From the sequence record MK250019.1: DNA of 64,000 bases. One strand, 5' to 3'. Both the position numbers and the translations under genes were made by a program. Positions 22,851 to 34,253 of the stretch are shown here, piece by piece. The notes under the pieces were generated by a model. It was not told the origin of the DNA. It ran no database searches and worked only from the letters and a program-made list of their open reading frames with translations. How positions within the stretch are numbered: the first letter of the stretch is position 1; each line of letters begins with the position of its first letter.

Positions 22851-23054
22851 TTAATTAAATATAACGTCACACATATCAACATTTACAATTGAATCATCGT
22901 CTTCAAAAATAAATGCATCTTTATGTTTAGGATCATTTTCATTTTTAATTGTACCTATAGCTTTATTTACCTTCTTACAAGATTTAAATGGTTTTCCTGA
23001 TTTCTTTTTTACTTTAAAAGGAAATTCTAAAAGTACACTACTGTTTGTTGCCAT
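22851..23054 (-). CDS. Small hypothetical protein
   Basis: 67-aa ORF tightly packed between the clamp loader and the ligase. Confidence 0.65.
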   Translation of the reverse strand: MATNSSVLLEFPFKVKKKSGKPFKSCKKVNKAIGTIKNENDPKHKDAFIFEDDDSIVNVDMCDVIFN

Positions 23055-23129
23055 ATTTTATAAAAATTAAAAATGTATCTTCATATTAATCATAATACAA
23101 CGATACATAAAAAATATTTTATATGAAAA

Positions 23130-24104
23130 TTATTGATGTAAAATAATTTGCAATTTGAATACAAGTCCCAATAATGTCACAAACTTATCAATAGATGTTG
23201 CAAGCATAGAATTATATTCTGCTGTTGCAATAAGAATAAGTGGAAGTTTATTTCCAAATTGTGGACATGTTGTTAAAATAAAATCAGGAAAATCTTTACC
23301 GATTGCAAGAACTGCATCATCTGCACGTGTAGACCAATCAGCAACAAGTTTCTTATAATTATTTACAGGATCTGGTTTATCTATAATAAGTTTAAAAAGA
23401 TCTGAACAATCATATGTATTTGATAACATATCAGCTGATAATTCTTTTGCCCCTCTTGTATAAAGATTCTGAATCTTATTTAAAAGTGAACGCATATCAG
23501 GAAATGAACTTCTAACAAATGATGTTACTGTTTCATCTGTATATTGAATATTAAATTTTGTTAATATATATTTAATACGCTCAAGATAACCATTAAACAA
23601 ATAAGTTTCTTCTTCTTTAGTAACAGGATCTATTGCAATAACATTAAATCTAGATTGAATAGGTGCTGGAATTTTATCAATATAATTACAATTTGCAATA
23701 AATCTAACGGTTTTATGATATTTCTCTATAGTTGCACGAAGTGCTTTCCATGCTTCCATCGTTAATCCATCACACTCTTCAAGAACAATAACCTTTAATT
23801 TCTCCTCACCATCAAATAGAGATGATTGAGATGCAAATGCAATAACCTTATCTCTAATCGTATCAATACCATTTTCAAGAGATGCATTAATTTCAAGAAC
23901 TTGATAACCTTTTGTTAATATACGTGTTAATGTTGTCTTTCCCGCACCTTGAGAACCTTGTAAAAGAATAGATTGTGTCAACCCATGTTGAAGAACTTCT
24001 CTAATTCGTGGTACAATGATTGCCTGATCTAATGTTTGTGGTCGTAACATTTCAGTAAACAACTTCTGTGTTACATGAGTCTGCGTTGTATTATTATTTT
24101 CCAT
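23130..24104 (-). CDS. gp44: Clamp loader AAA+ subunit (T4 gp44 / RFC small subunit-like)
   Basis: LRPQTLD, GSQGAGKT, INAS, LEECDGL and PIQSRF motifs. Confidence 0.92.
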   Translation of the reverse strand: MENNNTTQTHVTQKLFTEMLRPQTLDQAIIVPRIREVLQHGLTQSILLQGSQGAGKTTLTRILTKGYQVLEINASLENGIDTIRDKVIAFASQSSLFDGEEKLKVIVLEECDGLTMEAWKALRATIEKYHKTVRFIANCNYIDKIPAPIQSRFNVIAIDPVTKEEETYLFNGYLERIKYILTKFNIQYTDETVTSFVRSSFPDMRSLLNKIQNLYTRGAKELSADMLSNTYDCSDLFKLIIDKPDPVNNYKKLVADWSTRADDAVLAIGKDFPDFILTTCPQFGNKLPLILIATAEYNSMLATSIDKFVTLLGLVFKLQIILHQ

Positions 24105-24179
24105 ATATTATAGTAATTAAAATATATCAATTATTATTTAAATCTTATACTATAAAAATATAAAAATGTCTTTAATAAT

Positions 24180-25013
24180 TTACTTACCTTTTGCTACCAT
24201 ATTGTTCGCACCGTAAGTAGAAAACGAAACAGTACCAACAGATATAAAAGAAGGATTACCTGATCTATTTGGTGTATAAACAGAAAAAACAGTCCCGCTT
24301 GGTATTTCATTATACTCTGTTGCAATATCATTTGTTCCTATTACTAGTCTTGGTATAGTTGCAATCCATTTTTTTGGATACACATTTATTAAATTATATC
24401 CACTAATATAAGTAATATTCGCGTCTTTTAATAATTTAGTTCTAAATAATACTGATGATATATTGGTCTTATTAGTATTTTTGTAATTAATACAAAAAAC
24501 ACAACCATTTTCTATTAATCCACCAAATCCAAACTAATTTTTAATAATAAGTTGTTCATTATAACTTATATTTTGATTAACTAATGCAAATGTAGAACTA
24601 GAAATATCATCGATTTTAATTGTAGGATTACTAAATATGTATTCATTTAATACTTTAATAGTCTATTTAACAGTAATTAAAGTAATTCCATTATAACTAA
24701 ACTATATAGTTCTTGATGTTGCTGTTGAAGGTATATTTAAAAATATTTCTCTTGCTGTATTTGCATCTGCTGTTGATGGAGCTGCAGTTGAATCTTGGAC
24801 CTATGCTGTACAACCGGAAACGTTAGATGTTAAATAAAATGCTGACGTACCTTTAGTACTTAAGTTTCCCGCCCAATTGCCTGCTCCATCTTTTAATCCA
24901 AAATATACAGGTTTAGATTCATTTCCACCTAACCAAGTATATACTAATCGTCCTGATATAGCTTCTCCATTATTTGTTAGTGTATTTTTCGTTATTTTAT
25001 TAAATGTACTCAT
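24180..25013 (-). CDS. Putative structural/adhesin-like protein with a BACON-like beta-sandwich (277 aa)
   Basis: Track ORFs 24801-25013 and 24180-24383 are joined through TAGs. Contains LTSNVSGCTA...SRTIQFSYNGITLITVKQ. Confidence 0.6.
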
Positions 25014-25168
25014 AATTTCAAAAATATTTTAGTATGTATGGATCATTTTGAAATCTAATGTTTTAATATACATACCTATATAAAAATAGAGAATTATATA
25101 ATATTACTACTATATAATTCTCTTAAATTAAAATATATATTTATGAAATTATGGAATTTTGTAAAAAA

Positions 25169-25990
25169 TTACTTCTCACCAAGAGCTTTCTTTACCTCTG
25201 GATCTTCATCTGCTGCTGAAGCGGTAATAGCTTCATGGAATTCAATAAATTCTTCAATATCAGAAATCTTCAAATTCATCTTCAAACCAGCATATGCAAG
25301 ATTTACACGTTCCTTCAAAATAGTCAACTTCTTATCAATATTAGAAAGTTGCTTTACTTCAAGATTAATCTTCTCAAGAATACCGCTATAAGTTACAGGA
25401 ATATCTTCCTCAAATGCCTTTCCTGTTTCCTCATTATAATTCTCAAACTTCGCCATCTTTCTTGCGGTTTCAATTCCTGTACCCTTAGGATCACCCATAC
25501 TCTGATACAAGAAAATCAATGTAGAATAATCGATTTCAAAATCTTTATCTTTATCAGCTTCAAGTTCTGTAATAATCTTATTAATTACCTTATCAAACTG
25601 AATCAAACCACGCCATGATCCTTTTTCCCATGTATTAAACTCTGCATTCCAATTCTTAAGGAATGTTGCAGTTGTTAATGCAAGTCCATCATCATGTGTT
25701 GCAATCAAATACTTCTTATTTTTATTCTCTTCAAGGCATGTTTCAAAATCTTTCTTTGCTGCTGCAATATCATCATCAGTTGCATTTACTGGATCAATTT
25801 CTGCCCATTTAGAAAATTTCTTATTAAATTCTGCACGAACAGTTGCACGTGCATATTCTTTCTGTTCTTCTGACATCTCAGGAATACCAGCCTTTGTAAG
25901 TTCATCTTCCTGCTTTACTGGAAGTTTCTTTGTATCTTTAACTTCATCAAGCTTTGCTCCCTATTCAACTGTAATCTTTTTCTTTGCCAT
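25169..25990 (-). CDS. Hypothetical acidic/helical protein (273 aa)
   Basis: Extends through one TAG to ATG 25990 (MAKKKITVEQG). Confidence 0.75.
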
Positions 25991-26082
25991 TTTTGACTTA
26001 ATTTACGTAAATTTTATTATTATTAAATATTATATGATATAATATTAAAATAGTCTAAAAATAAAAGGTAAAGAAATAAAAA

Positions 26083-26292
26083 TTATCTCTTTACCTTTAT
26101 AAACTTACCTATTTTATTTTTACTACAGTCTGAACAACTTATAATCATATCCTGATTCTTATCAAACTGCTTATCAAAATTTTTTATCTATTTTGCAAAA
26201 CTATACATAGTTCCATAATATTCTATATTCTATGAGCCATGTCCCTATGTCCACATCCCTTTTAAAAAATAAATGTTTCTGTATTTCTTCAT
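26083..26292 (-). CDS. Small hypothetical protein (69 aa) with three TAG
   Basis: MKKYRNIYFLKGMWTQGHGSQ...CSDCSK...KVKR; fills the gap exactly. Confidence 0.55.
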
Positions 26293-26296
26293 ATTT

Positions 26297-26791
26297 TTAG
26301 AGTAACAAAATTGCCAATAATGTTGCACCACTTCCGACTAATGTAGTTACAATACTATTAACAATATAAATTTTCTTTTTTGATTTCAATACAGGTTGAT
26401 AATTCCATACAGCCAAATATCTACAACTAAAAGGTTTCCCACTTGATGGGTCTTCAACATGGTAAAATTCTGGTATTGTAACATTTTCACCAAGTTTTAA
26501 ATCTTCACGAAGATATTTAGAGACAAAATATGACATTTCATTTAATTTATCCATAATTTGCCATTGCTGTCCTTTTAACTGATATTCTTCGGGTATATCA
26601 ATTACTTGTACAACCTCATAAAAATTATTTGTTGCTCGTAAATTACTCTGATTAAAAAAACTATTTCTATCATTTGATTCACTTTGAATTATTTTATGAA
26701 ATGCTTTTTTAATCAATTTATCAGTAGAAGATTGATGGTAATCATCTAAAAATGAATTCCACCAATCTTTTATATTTTCAAATAGTTTCAT
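26297..26791 (-). CDS. Hypothetical protein with C-terminal membrane anchor
   Basis: 164 aa, hydrophobic C-terminus. Confidence 0.7.
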   Translation of the reverse strand: MKLFENIKDWWNSFLDDYHQSSTDKLIKKAFHKIIQSESNDRNSFFNQSNLRATNNFYEVVQVIDIPEEYQLKGQQWQIMDKLNEMSYFVSKYLREDLKLGENVTIPEFYHVEDPSSGKPFSCRYLAVWNYQPVLKSKKKIYIVNSIVTTLVGSGATLLAILLL

Positions 26792-26801
26792 AATGTCTAT
26801 C

Positions 26802-27752
26802 TTACATCATTTTTGCAGCCTCATCACCAGAAGCTTCAAGATACATCTCATAAAGACCCTTATGTTTTGTCTTCATAATAGTCTCAAGAGTTTCCTTACC
26901 CTTATACAGATAATTCTTAACAGTTGATTCATTCATATTAAGCTGATCTGCAATTTCTCTGATCTTCATATCATCAACCAACTTCATTCTAAGAACCTTT
27001 GCATAGTTTCCGCCAAGTTTTTCAATTTCATTGATAGATGTATCATACATCTTTACAACAAGATCATCAGCTGAATTCGCAACCAAATCACCTTTCTCTA
27101 CTGTATACTGTGTTGAATTTGTAGACATTGCTGAACTTGAATTCAACATAGCTGAATCAAACATATCAGAAATATCATTACCAACGATATTTTCCTTATT
27201 ACGCTTGTTAATTTCGCCAAGACACAAGTTTCGACAAATAGTATAAAGCCATGTGCTGAACTTTGCCTTCTCAATATCATACTTATCACGAAATTCCCAT
27301 GCACGTGTAAAAGTCTGAATAGCCATATCATCTGCCATATCCCAATCATGCATAAACTTAAATGCATGACCCTTTACACCAAAATAGAAACGCTCCCAAA
27401 GTTTATTGAAATTATCATGTGTAGGATTATCAACAAACTTCTTTACAAGAATAATATCATCCTCAAGTTTCTTCTTACTCTTAGAAGACATTTTCTTCAA
27501 CTTTTCAATTTGCTTCTTGTCCTTCTTGTCCAATGCAATAATAGAACTATTAATTGCATCATCATCAAGATTGAACATTTCATCAATTTCATCTTCTGTA
27601 ATTCCTGCTGTCTTAAGAACATCAAGATTTACATCAACATCCATAGAATTATTGATAGTATAATTCTTTCCAGTATTTGTAACTGAATCAATAGCGTAAT
27701 TGTCGTTGTTCATATATTCGTCATTAAACTGATTTTGCATTGCGATTACCAT
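26802..27752 (-). CDS. Phage RNA polymerase sigma-70/ECF-type sigma factor
   Basis: Region 2 (ADDMAIQTFTRAW...KAKFSTWLYTICRN) and region 4 HTH (MKIREIADQLNMNESTVKNYLYKGK). Confidence 0.92.
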   Translation of the reverse strand: MVIAMQNQFNDEYMNNDNYAIDSVTNTGKNYTINNSMDVDVNLDVLKTAGITEDEIDEMFNLDDDAINSSIIALDKKDKKQIEKLKKMSSKSKKKLEDDIILVKKFVDNPTHDNFNKLWERFYFGVKGHAFKFMHDWDMADDMAIQTFTRAWEFRDKYDIEKAKFSTWLYTICRNLCLGEINKRNKENIVGNDISDMFDSAMLNSSSAMSTNSTQYTVEKGDLVANSADDLVVKMYDTSINEIEKLGGNYAKVLRMKLVDDMKIREIADQLNMNESTVKNYLYKGKETLETIMKTKHKGLYEMYLEASGDEAAKMM

Positions 27753-27792
27753 ATTCTAAATTATTTTTTATATTATTAATTAATGAATTTGT

Positions 27793-28866
27793 CTACTTTT
27801 TACCAAATATGTAATTCTCTATAAAAGGATTTACTATATTCAGTTGATAGTCTAATGAACACCATAGTGGTGTTTTTACTCTTTTATTTCTGAACACAAG
27901 AAATAAGAATTTCAATATCGTTGGATATTCTATATCTTCCATTCTTGATGGAAACATATAATAATATTTCGATATTAGTTTAATATTTATTTCTTGATTT
28001 CTCAAAATCTCAATATTTTTCAAAATATTTTCGATGTCCGAAAAGTCTTTATTTATGATCTCTAATGCCAGATATAACTGACATATTTTCTTAACAGGAT
28101 TGTAATCTTCATTATAATTTAAATCATTATTATTAATGAACAAGTCATAAATATTCTCAAGATTTATAGCTTGTTTCATATTCTTTTCTTCATCTAAATG
28201 TTCCATAATTTTTTCATGAAACATAGGTGATTGAACCTTTACAATTCTGTTTATATTCTCAATATCTGTATGTTCATTAAATGTAAGAACGAATCCCTCC
28301 ACATTTTTTGAATCTATCTTATCATCCAACAAACTTAAAATTTGATACCATATCTTCTCTGTATCGCATTTATTTTCCATCAGTGATAAAATATATGCTT
28401 CATCAAAATAATCGTCATACAGGAGATTTATGCAACTAATATCGAGAAGTTCACTAATCTCTTTCAAACGACATTCAGGAAGAACACATCCAAACATATC
28501 ATAACCCGATAGAAGAACAATATCATTCTTATATTCACCATTATATTTAATAATGTGATTATCTTTGTTTCTATCAAATATTTCGAAATTCAATATTTCT
28601 ATATCAGATGGAATCTTATCTTCATTCTTATGAATAATGTTATATGCATTATTATACATATTATTCATAATGAGATCAAACTCATCAATGATATTTTTTG
28701 ATGGTATATATGGAGCATTTGGACGCTTACCATACATCACCTTATTTTGATGCTTATAATATTGAAATGCAGAACCGTCAACTTTTTCAGTTATTTGACA
28801 ATTACAACTCAATATTTCTTTAACAGGTAATCTCTTACTCTGTAAAAACTGATATAAATGTTGCAT
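27793..28866 (-). CDS. ATP-dependent RNA ligase-like nucleotidyltransferase
   Basis: ITEKVDGS (motif I), NFEIF (III), VEGFVL (IV), VKVQSP (V). Ends in TAG; readthrough would extend it to 27724. Confidence 0.7.
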   Translation of the reverse strand: MQHLYQFLQSKRLPVKEILSCNCQITEKVDGSAFQYYKHQNKVMYGKRPNAPYIPSKNIIDEFDLIMNNMYNNAYNIIHKNEDKIPSDIEILNFEIFDRNKDNHIIKYNGEYKNDIVLLSGYDMFGCVLPECRLKEISELLDISCINLLYDDYFDEAYILSLMENKCDTEKIWYQILSLLDDKIDSKNVEGFVLTFNEHTDIENINRIVKVQSPMFHEKIMEHLDEEKNMKQAINLENIYDLFINNNDLNYNEDYNPVKKICQLYLALEIINKDFSDIENILKNIEILRNQEINIKLISKYYYMFPSRMEDIEYPTILKFLFLVFRNKRVKTPLWCSLDYQLNIVNPFIENYIFGKK

Positions 28867-28904
28867 ACAATATATTATTCTACTTTACTTGTTTATTAAC
28901 AATG

Positions 28905-28912
28905 CAAAGATA
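28905..28912 (-). promoter_or_regulatory. Bacteroidetes-type -7 promoter element (TAnnTTTG)
   Basis: TGTATCTTTGCA upstream of the ligase/sigma operon. Confidence 0.65.
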
Positions 28913-28980
28913 CATCTTTTAAGTCAAATAAAAAAACATATAATTTAAAAAGTCTATATTACTAACATCTTTTAACAAAT

Positions 28981-29017
28981 ATAGGAGATTGAAAATATTA
29001 AATCTCCAATCTCCTAT
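28981..29017. terminator. Intrinsic terminator hairpin
   Basis: ATAGGAGATTG...CAATCTCCTAT. Confidence 0.65.
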
Positions 29018-29034
29018 ATAATAATCATTATAAA

Positions 29035-30930
29035 TTAAATTAATGTTGGTGTGTAACCACATTCTCTCTGTCTATTTCTTAAATAAATTAATCCATCTTC
29101 TCGATTCATTGTATTCTCAAATTTACAATATGTCTTTGTTTCTTCATTAAGTTTAAACCATTCTTGCTTACTATATTTAATAGGATGAATAAATTTATCA
29201 TAATATTCATACATCATCTTATTATATAATATATCTAATGATTCTTTATTCAATTTCCATTTTGTTTGAATATCTCGCATCTTCTTAATATCATATTCAA
29301 GTCTATCAGAAACACCATATGTTCTCACTTGAATTGCAATCTGAGAAAAATCATATTCTGATGGAATATCTTTATCTATCAATAATGAATCTTCAAAAGA
29401 ATGAATATAATTAGATTGTCTAAGTTTAAGTCTCATTAATCTCTTATTCCATAAACCAAATATTAAATTATCATCGCATCCCAAAACTTGCTGTTCGAAT
29501 TTAATAGGATTATCACCAGACATTTTATCTAATATATCAATATTTCTTTTTGAGAATACCATAAGTTCACCACCAGCATATATATTAAATGCTGACCAGA
29601 AACTTCCATACATTTTTCCAGTAAATATTTGTGAATCATCTTCTTGATATGCAAGGAATTCATTCATTAATGGAAGATTTATCCATGTTGAATTATTGGT
29701 TCTGATTAAATAATCATAATTTATATTTAATTTCTTTAATTCTCTAATAGCAAATATTGTTTTTGAATATGTATGATATAAAGCATCTTCATCCCGCGTA
29801 TATTCTCTCTTTATATAAATCATATGATTACTTTCATCTACATGTGTATCTTCACCTTCTTTAGCATCAGTATAAACCCAGAAATCAATATTCATATTAT
29901 CATCGATATTTGTTTTCCATGTTTCCTGACATACTTTTTCAAGTTCATTATATACTGGTTTATCCATACACATAGACAAAACAATAAGTTTCTTGTAATT
30001 CTTAACTTTTCGTAATCTTGTGTTATAATCAACCTTAGGGTGAATATATTGTTTAGGGAATACCTTAACATCTACTGTATTACCTGGTGTATTAAATAAC
30101 ATCAAAGCCTGTGCCTTATCACAACTTTCATCAAAATTATTAAATGAATTAACAGCTCTATCAATTAAATCATCATAATTATCAAAACATTTTTTTGATG
30201 ACCACATTTCAAGTTTCTTTCGGATGTCTGCACGAAGCCAGCTCAAATGATGCATTTTAACTTCATTCCATTTAAATACATGGTAATCTACTGTATATTG
30301 TTTAATCTTATGAATTTGACCATCTCTTCCGACTACGTTTTCTACTCCTGAATACGGTCTTACAAAACGTCTTGTAGGATCAGAAGGTAAAAGGAAATCA
30401 GTACATTCAAATGAATGTCTATATTCTACTCTTGTAACAAAAGGTACATACATACCATCTTTAAACGGATATACTAAGAAATGTTTATAATCATGATAAT
30501 AATTTATATACTGACAATATGTAATAGGATAATTATTATCGTCTATAATTTTACATGCACTATCAAATGCTTTCTTTGTATAATATTCATCTGAATCTAT
30601 TACAATCGCATGTGTACAACCATTATCCTGAGCATCTTGAATTAACATATTTCTTTTATCTGTTTCCTGTTCTCTTGCAGGTTTTGTTGTATCTAACTCA
30701 ACTTCAACAATATTATCAACTAATTTATCTTCATCACGTAATCGGAATATTTCCTGTAAATCAATTTCAGAAATTTTATCACCATGATAAGATAATCTCT
30801 ACAATCCAATGGAAACATAATCAACAGAATCTCTAAGCTCAGAAATAATATTATAAAGATGTTCTGTTCCTTCAAATGCAATAATTAATAAACCTAATTT
30901 CTTTATGTTCTTATAATTTGTTCTCTACAT
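29035..30930 (-). CDS. Two-domain glycosyltransferase-like protein (631 aa)
   Basis: Starts ATG TAG AGA at 30930. N-terminal GT-A-like domain with VIDSDEYY; C-terminal domain with YDYLIRTNNSTWIN and DDN. Confidence 0.65.
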
Positions 30931-31027
30931 TATTATTTTAACTGATTATGTTTAATTTGTACTATATATTATACTTATATATTATTATAAAGTTTATATT
31001 TAATTAAAAAAATTTATAATAAAAATG

Positions 31028-31239
31028 TAGACTTTTTTCACAAAAGTAAGTAAAATAATTACTGGTAATTTGAGAATCTAAGATATTTAAAGAAAATCTA
31101 ATATTTAGTAATAATTATTAATATTATTTAGAATTTGTATAAATTAACATATAAATATTATTGATTATCAATTAGTTATAAATTATTTTTAATTTTTATT
31201 AAACTTTTTTCACAAAAATATAGACTTTTTTGAAAAAGT
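31028..31239. repeat. Short direct repeats in an AT-rich divergent intergenic region next to an assembly gap
   Basis: TAGACTTTTTTCACAAAA (31028), ACTTTTTTCACAAAA (31203), TAGACTTTTTTGAAAAAGT (31221). Confidence 0.55.
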
Positions 31240-31444
31240 NNNNNNNNNNNNNNNNNNNNNNNNNNNNNNNNNNNNNNNNNNNNNNNNNNNNNNNNNNNNN
31301 NNNNNNNNNNNNNNNNNNNNNNNNNNNNNNNNNNNNNNNNNNNNNNNNNNNNNNNNNNNNNAATAATTTTTCTTTGGTTCTTTCTTTTTTGAAGGTAGAT
31401 CCTTTCAGAGAATAAATATAGTAAATATTTTTTTTAATTTAATA

Positions 31445-32320
31445 ATGAAATTTGGCTTTGATAAATCTATTAATGAAAAATTATCTTTTTTATATGAAAC
31501 ATTATTTGATGATTATGATGATATTGTTTCAGATGATAATTCATCAATAGAATCATTATATGATCTAGAATCATAGTTTAATGAACTATTATAGGAATGG
31601 AAAAAAATTGGTTTATTTAATAAACAATATAGTTAGGAACGTTATATTGAACTGTTAAAAGAAAATTCAAAAATAAATGATAATAATGAAATATATATTT
31701 ATGCATTAGCTTTATCATTTGATAATTAGGAAATATTTGATAAATTTCTTAATTCATTTGAAAATTATACACTTAATTTCGATATTAAATATTTAGAATT
31801 AGATTTTACATTTCATAGAAGAATGAAACCAAAATTACATTTTTCTTTTAATAATATTCCTGATAATTTAAATATTACATCATTATAGGTATTTGGTGGT
31901 ATAATGGATGATTTATCTGGATTAAATAAAGATAGATTATTAAGATTATCGTTTAATAATTCTTATGTTAAAACTATAAATGGATTAGGTTCAAATTTAT
32001 AGAAATTAACTTTTGTATATGATACTGATATTGAATCTGTAACTGATTGGTCTAATTTAAAAAATATGAATTTGTTATAGTTAGAAGTTGACTATACAAG
32101 TTGGGAATTTATTGGTATAGAACATTTATTACATTTTAATAATATGTCAGAAGAAATAATAAATATACCAAGAGTTTTATTCATTAATCATGCTGCATTT
32201 GGTAAATTAAGATATTATAAAAACTATATAAAGAATATGTTTATTACTGATAATCCTTAGATTAAACCAAAAATAAGAAATTTAATAATAAACAAATTAA
32301 GAGAGATTGTTAATTACTGA
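31445..32320 (+). CDS. Hypothetical protein with LRR-like repeats (291 aa, 8 TAG)
   Basis: Continuous with TAG=Gln, ATG 31445 to TGA 32318. Absent from the track. Confidence 0.75.
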
Positions 32321-32350
32321 CATAATTTAAATAATATAATTATAATTAAT

Positions 32351-32905
32351 ATGAATGAAAGTTATAAAAATCAACATAAACCATCAAAAAATTCAAGATT
32401 TAAACAAGGATATTTTCATCCGCAAAATCCATAGAAGTGGGTTACTAAAACTAATGAATACCGTTCGAGTTGGGAATTTCATTTCATGAACTGGGCGGAT
32501 AGAAATCCTTAGGTTTTAAGAGTTGGATCAGAACCTTGTGCAATTTAGTATAGAGATCCTGTAGCTAATTTAGAGTATTGTCATAAACATAATTTGGATC
32601 CTAATAATCCATAGAACTGGAAAATAAGAAAATATTATGTTGATATGTGGGTTGAATTTAAAAAGAAAGATGGAGACGTTATAAAAGTATTCATTGAAAT
32701 TAAGCCATATGCTCAAACTATTAAACCAGAACCATTAAAACCTGGTGCTAAGTTAAAAGAAGTTAACCGTTATAATAGAGAGATGAAAACATTCTTAACT
32801 AATTAGGCAAAATGGCGTGCTGCTAATTATGAATTTAAAAAGAGAGGATGCAAATTTTTCATTTTCACGGAAAAAGAATTAAGTGATAAACTACATCTAT
32901 TTTAA
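32351..32905 (+). CDS. gp4: Head completion nuclease, T4 gp4-like (TnsA-like endonuclease fold)
   Basis: QGYFHPQNPQKW...YRSSWEFHFMNWADRNP...YYVDMWV...IEIKPYAQT...NQAKWRAA...FIFTEKEL, read with TAG=Gln. Confidence 0.9.
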
Positions 32906-32930
32906 CATAACTTAAATGTAGATTATATAT

Positions 32931-33848
32931 ATGAATACAAATATTAAGAAATTAGTTGAATCCTTATTTGATGATGATATTGATGATATTTTAAAAGGTA
33001 TGACAGATGATGATGTTTCAAAACAACTAGAAAACAACATGTTTTCTTTAAATGAATTGAAATCATTATTAGAACAATTACATGATCCAAAAAATACTTT
33101 ATTTAAACATAATTTATTGTCATGCGAAAATTTAAATGAATTATCAATTAAATCACAAGAAGGAAACGGTATATATATTCCTATAATAACTATATCATTA
33201 TATGAAAAGAATATAGATATATTTAAAGATATTTTTGATATATTACATGAGTATAACGTAAGATTAGATGTTAATTCATTAATTTTTATATTAGAGAATA
33301 AAACTGATAATTTTTATTCTATTAAAGAATTATTGGATTTAACAAAGTATAATGATATATTAAGAATCCAGGATTTTTCTGTTAATTATGGTAAGTTAAA
33401 AAATTTAGAAGGATTTCCTAAAATATGGGGTGAATATGATTTTCAATGGATAAGTGAAATAACATCATTCAAAGGATTTCCTAAAAATGATTATAATATA
33501 TCTTTGTATTTTTGGGGAAGCTCTTTACCAAACGATTGGTCAGGATGTCCAACACAATTACAGAATTTAAGATATGAGTCAAATATTGAACCTGTAGATG
33601 AAAATGATATAGAAGATATAAAGAAACAAATAGGTTCATTAACCAATATACCATATGATTTAACATTTGAATTAAATAATCCTAATAAAATAGGATATAA
33701 TTTTGTTGGTGGATCATTAATAAATCCAAAATGGAAACCAGATGTTAAAAGGGAAATAAGAAGTTATATAGGACAATGTTTGAAATCTCAATATAAGAAT
33801 ATAATGGGATTAAAGAAAAGAATATGCAATAGTGAAAAATCTATTTGA
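32931..33848 (+). CDS. Hypothetical protein with LRR-like repeats (305 aa)
   Basis: LKNLEGFPK / ITSFKGFPK / WSGCPTQL repeats; N-terminal LVESLFDD. Confidence 0.7.
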   Translation: MNTNIKKLVESLFDDDIDDILKGMTDDDVSKQLENNMFSLNELKSLLEQLHDPKNTLFKHNLLSCENLNELSIKSQEGNGIYIPIITISLYEKNIDIFKDIFDILHEYNVRLDVNSLIFILENKTDNFYSIKELLDLTKYNDILRIQDFSVNYGKLKNLEGFPKIWGEYDFQWISEITSFKGFPKNDYNISLYFWGSSLPNDWSGCPTQLQNLRYESNIEPVDENDIEDIKKQIGSLTNIPYDLTFELNNPNKIGYNFVGGSLINPKWKPDVKREIRSYIGQCLKSQYKNIMGLKKRICNSEKSI

Positions 33849-33915
33849 TATAATTAATAATCACAAGAGTATGTTAAAAGTATTCTTGTGATTTTTTATT
33901 TTCATATATTTTATG

Positions 33916-33923
33916 TATCTTTG
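33916..33923 (+). promoter_or_regulatory. Bacteroidetes-type -7 promoter element
   Basis: ATGTATCTTTG upstream of the small-gene cluster. Confidence 0.6.
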
Positions 33924-33953
33924 TGGTATAAAAAACAATTTAAAATTATATTA

Positions 33954-34253
33954 ATGTTATTTTATAGATTTGGTGATATTCCTGAAGATGAATGCTCATC
34001 TATATGGAATAATAATGATGAAGTAATAGGTAAAGAAAAAGGTGTTTCCGTTTATGAAGCTCATAAAAATATAAATGGAGAATATACTCCTGTTATTCCA
34101 TTTCCGACAAATGAAAAAGCATTTAATGATTTTATATATCATATAGGATATTTTACTGGTAACAAATATTTAGTAACCGGTGATTTGTTAGATGAAACCG
34201 GTACTGATGGTGAACCGTTAATTAATAATGTTAAAATAATAAAAAAATTATGA
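33954..34253 (+). CDS. Hypothetical protein
   Basis: Likely start ATG 33954 (MLFYRFGDIPEDE...GVSVYEA). Confidence 0.7.
   Translation: MLFYRFGDIPEDECSSIWNNNDEVIGKEKGVSVYEAHKNINGEYTPVIPFPTNEKAFNDFIYHIGYFTGNKYLVTGDLLDETGTDGEPLINNVKIIKKL

Noticed and set aside
31230-31415. Track ORF spanning the N run
   Set aside because: Artefact of the assembly gap.
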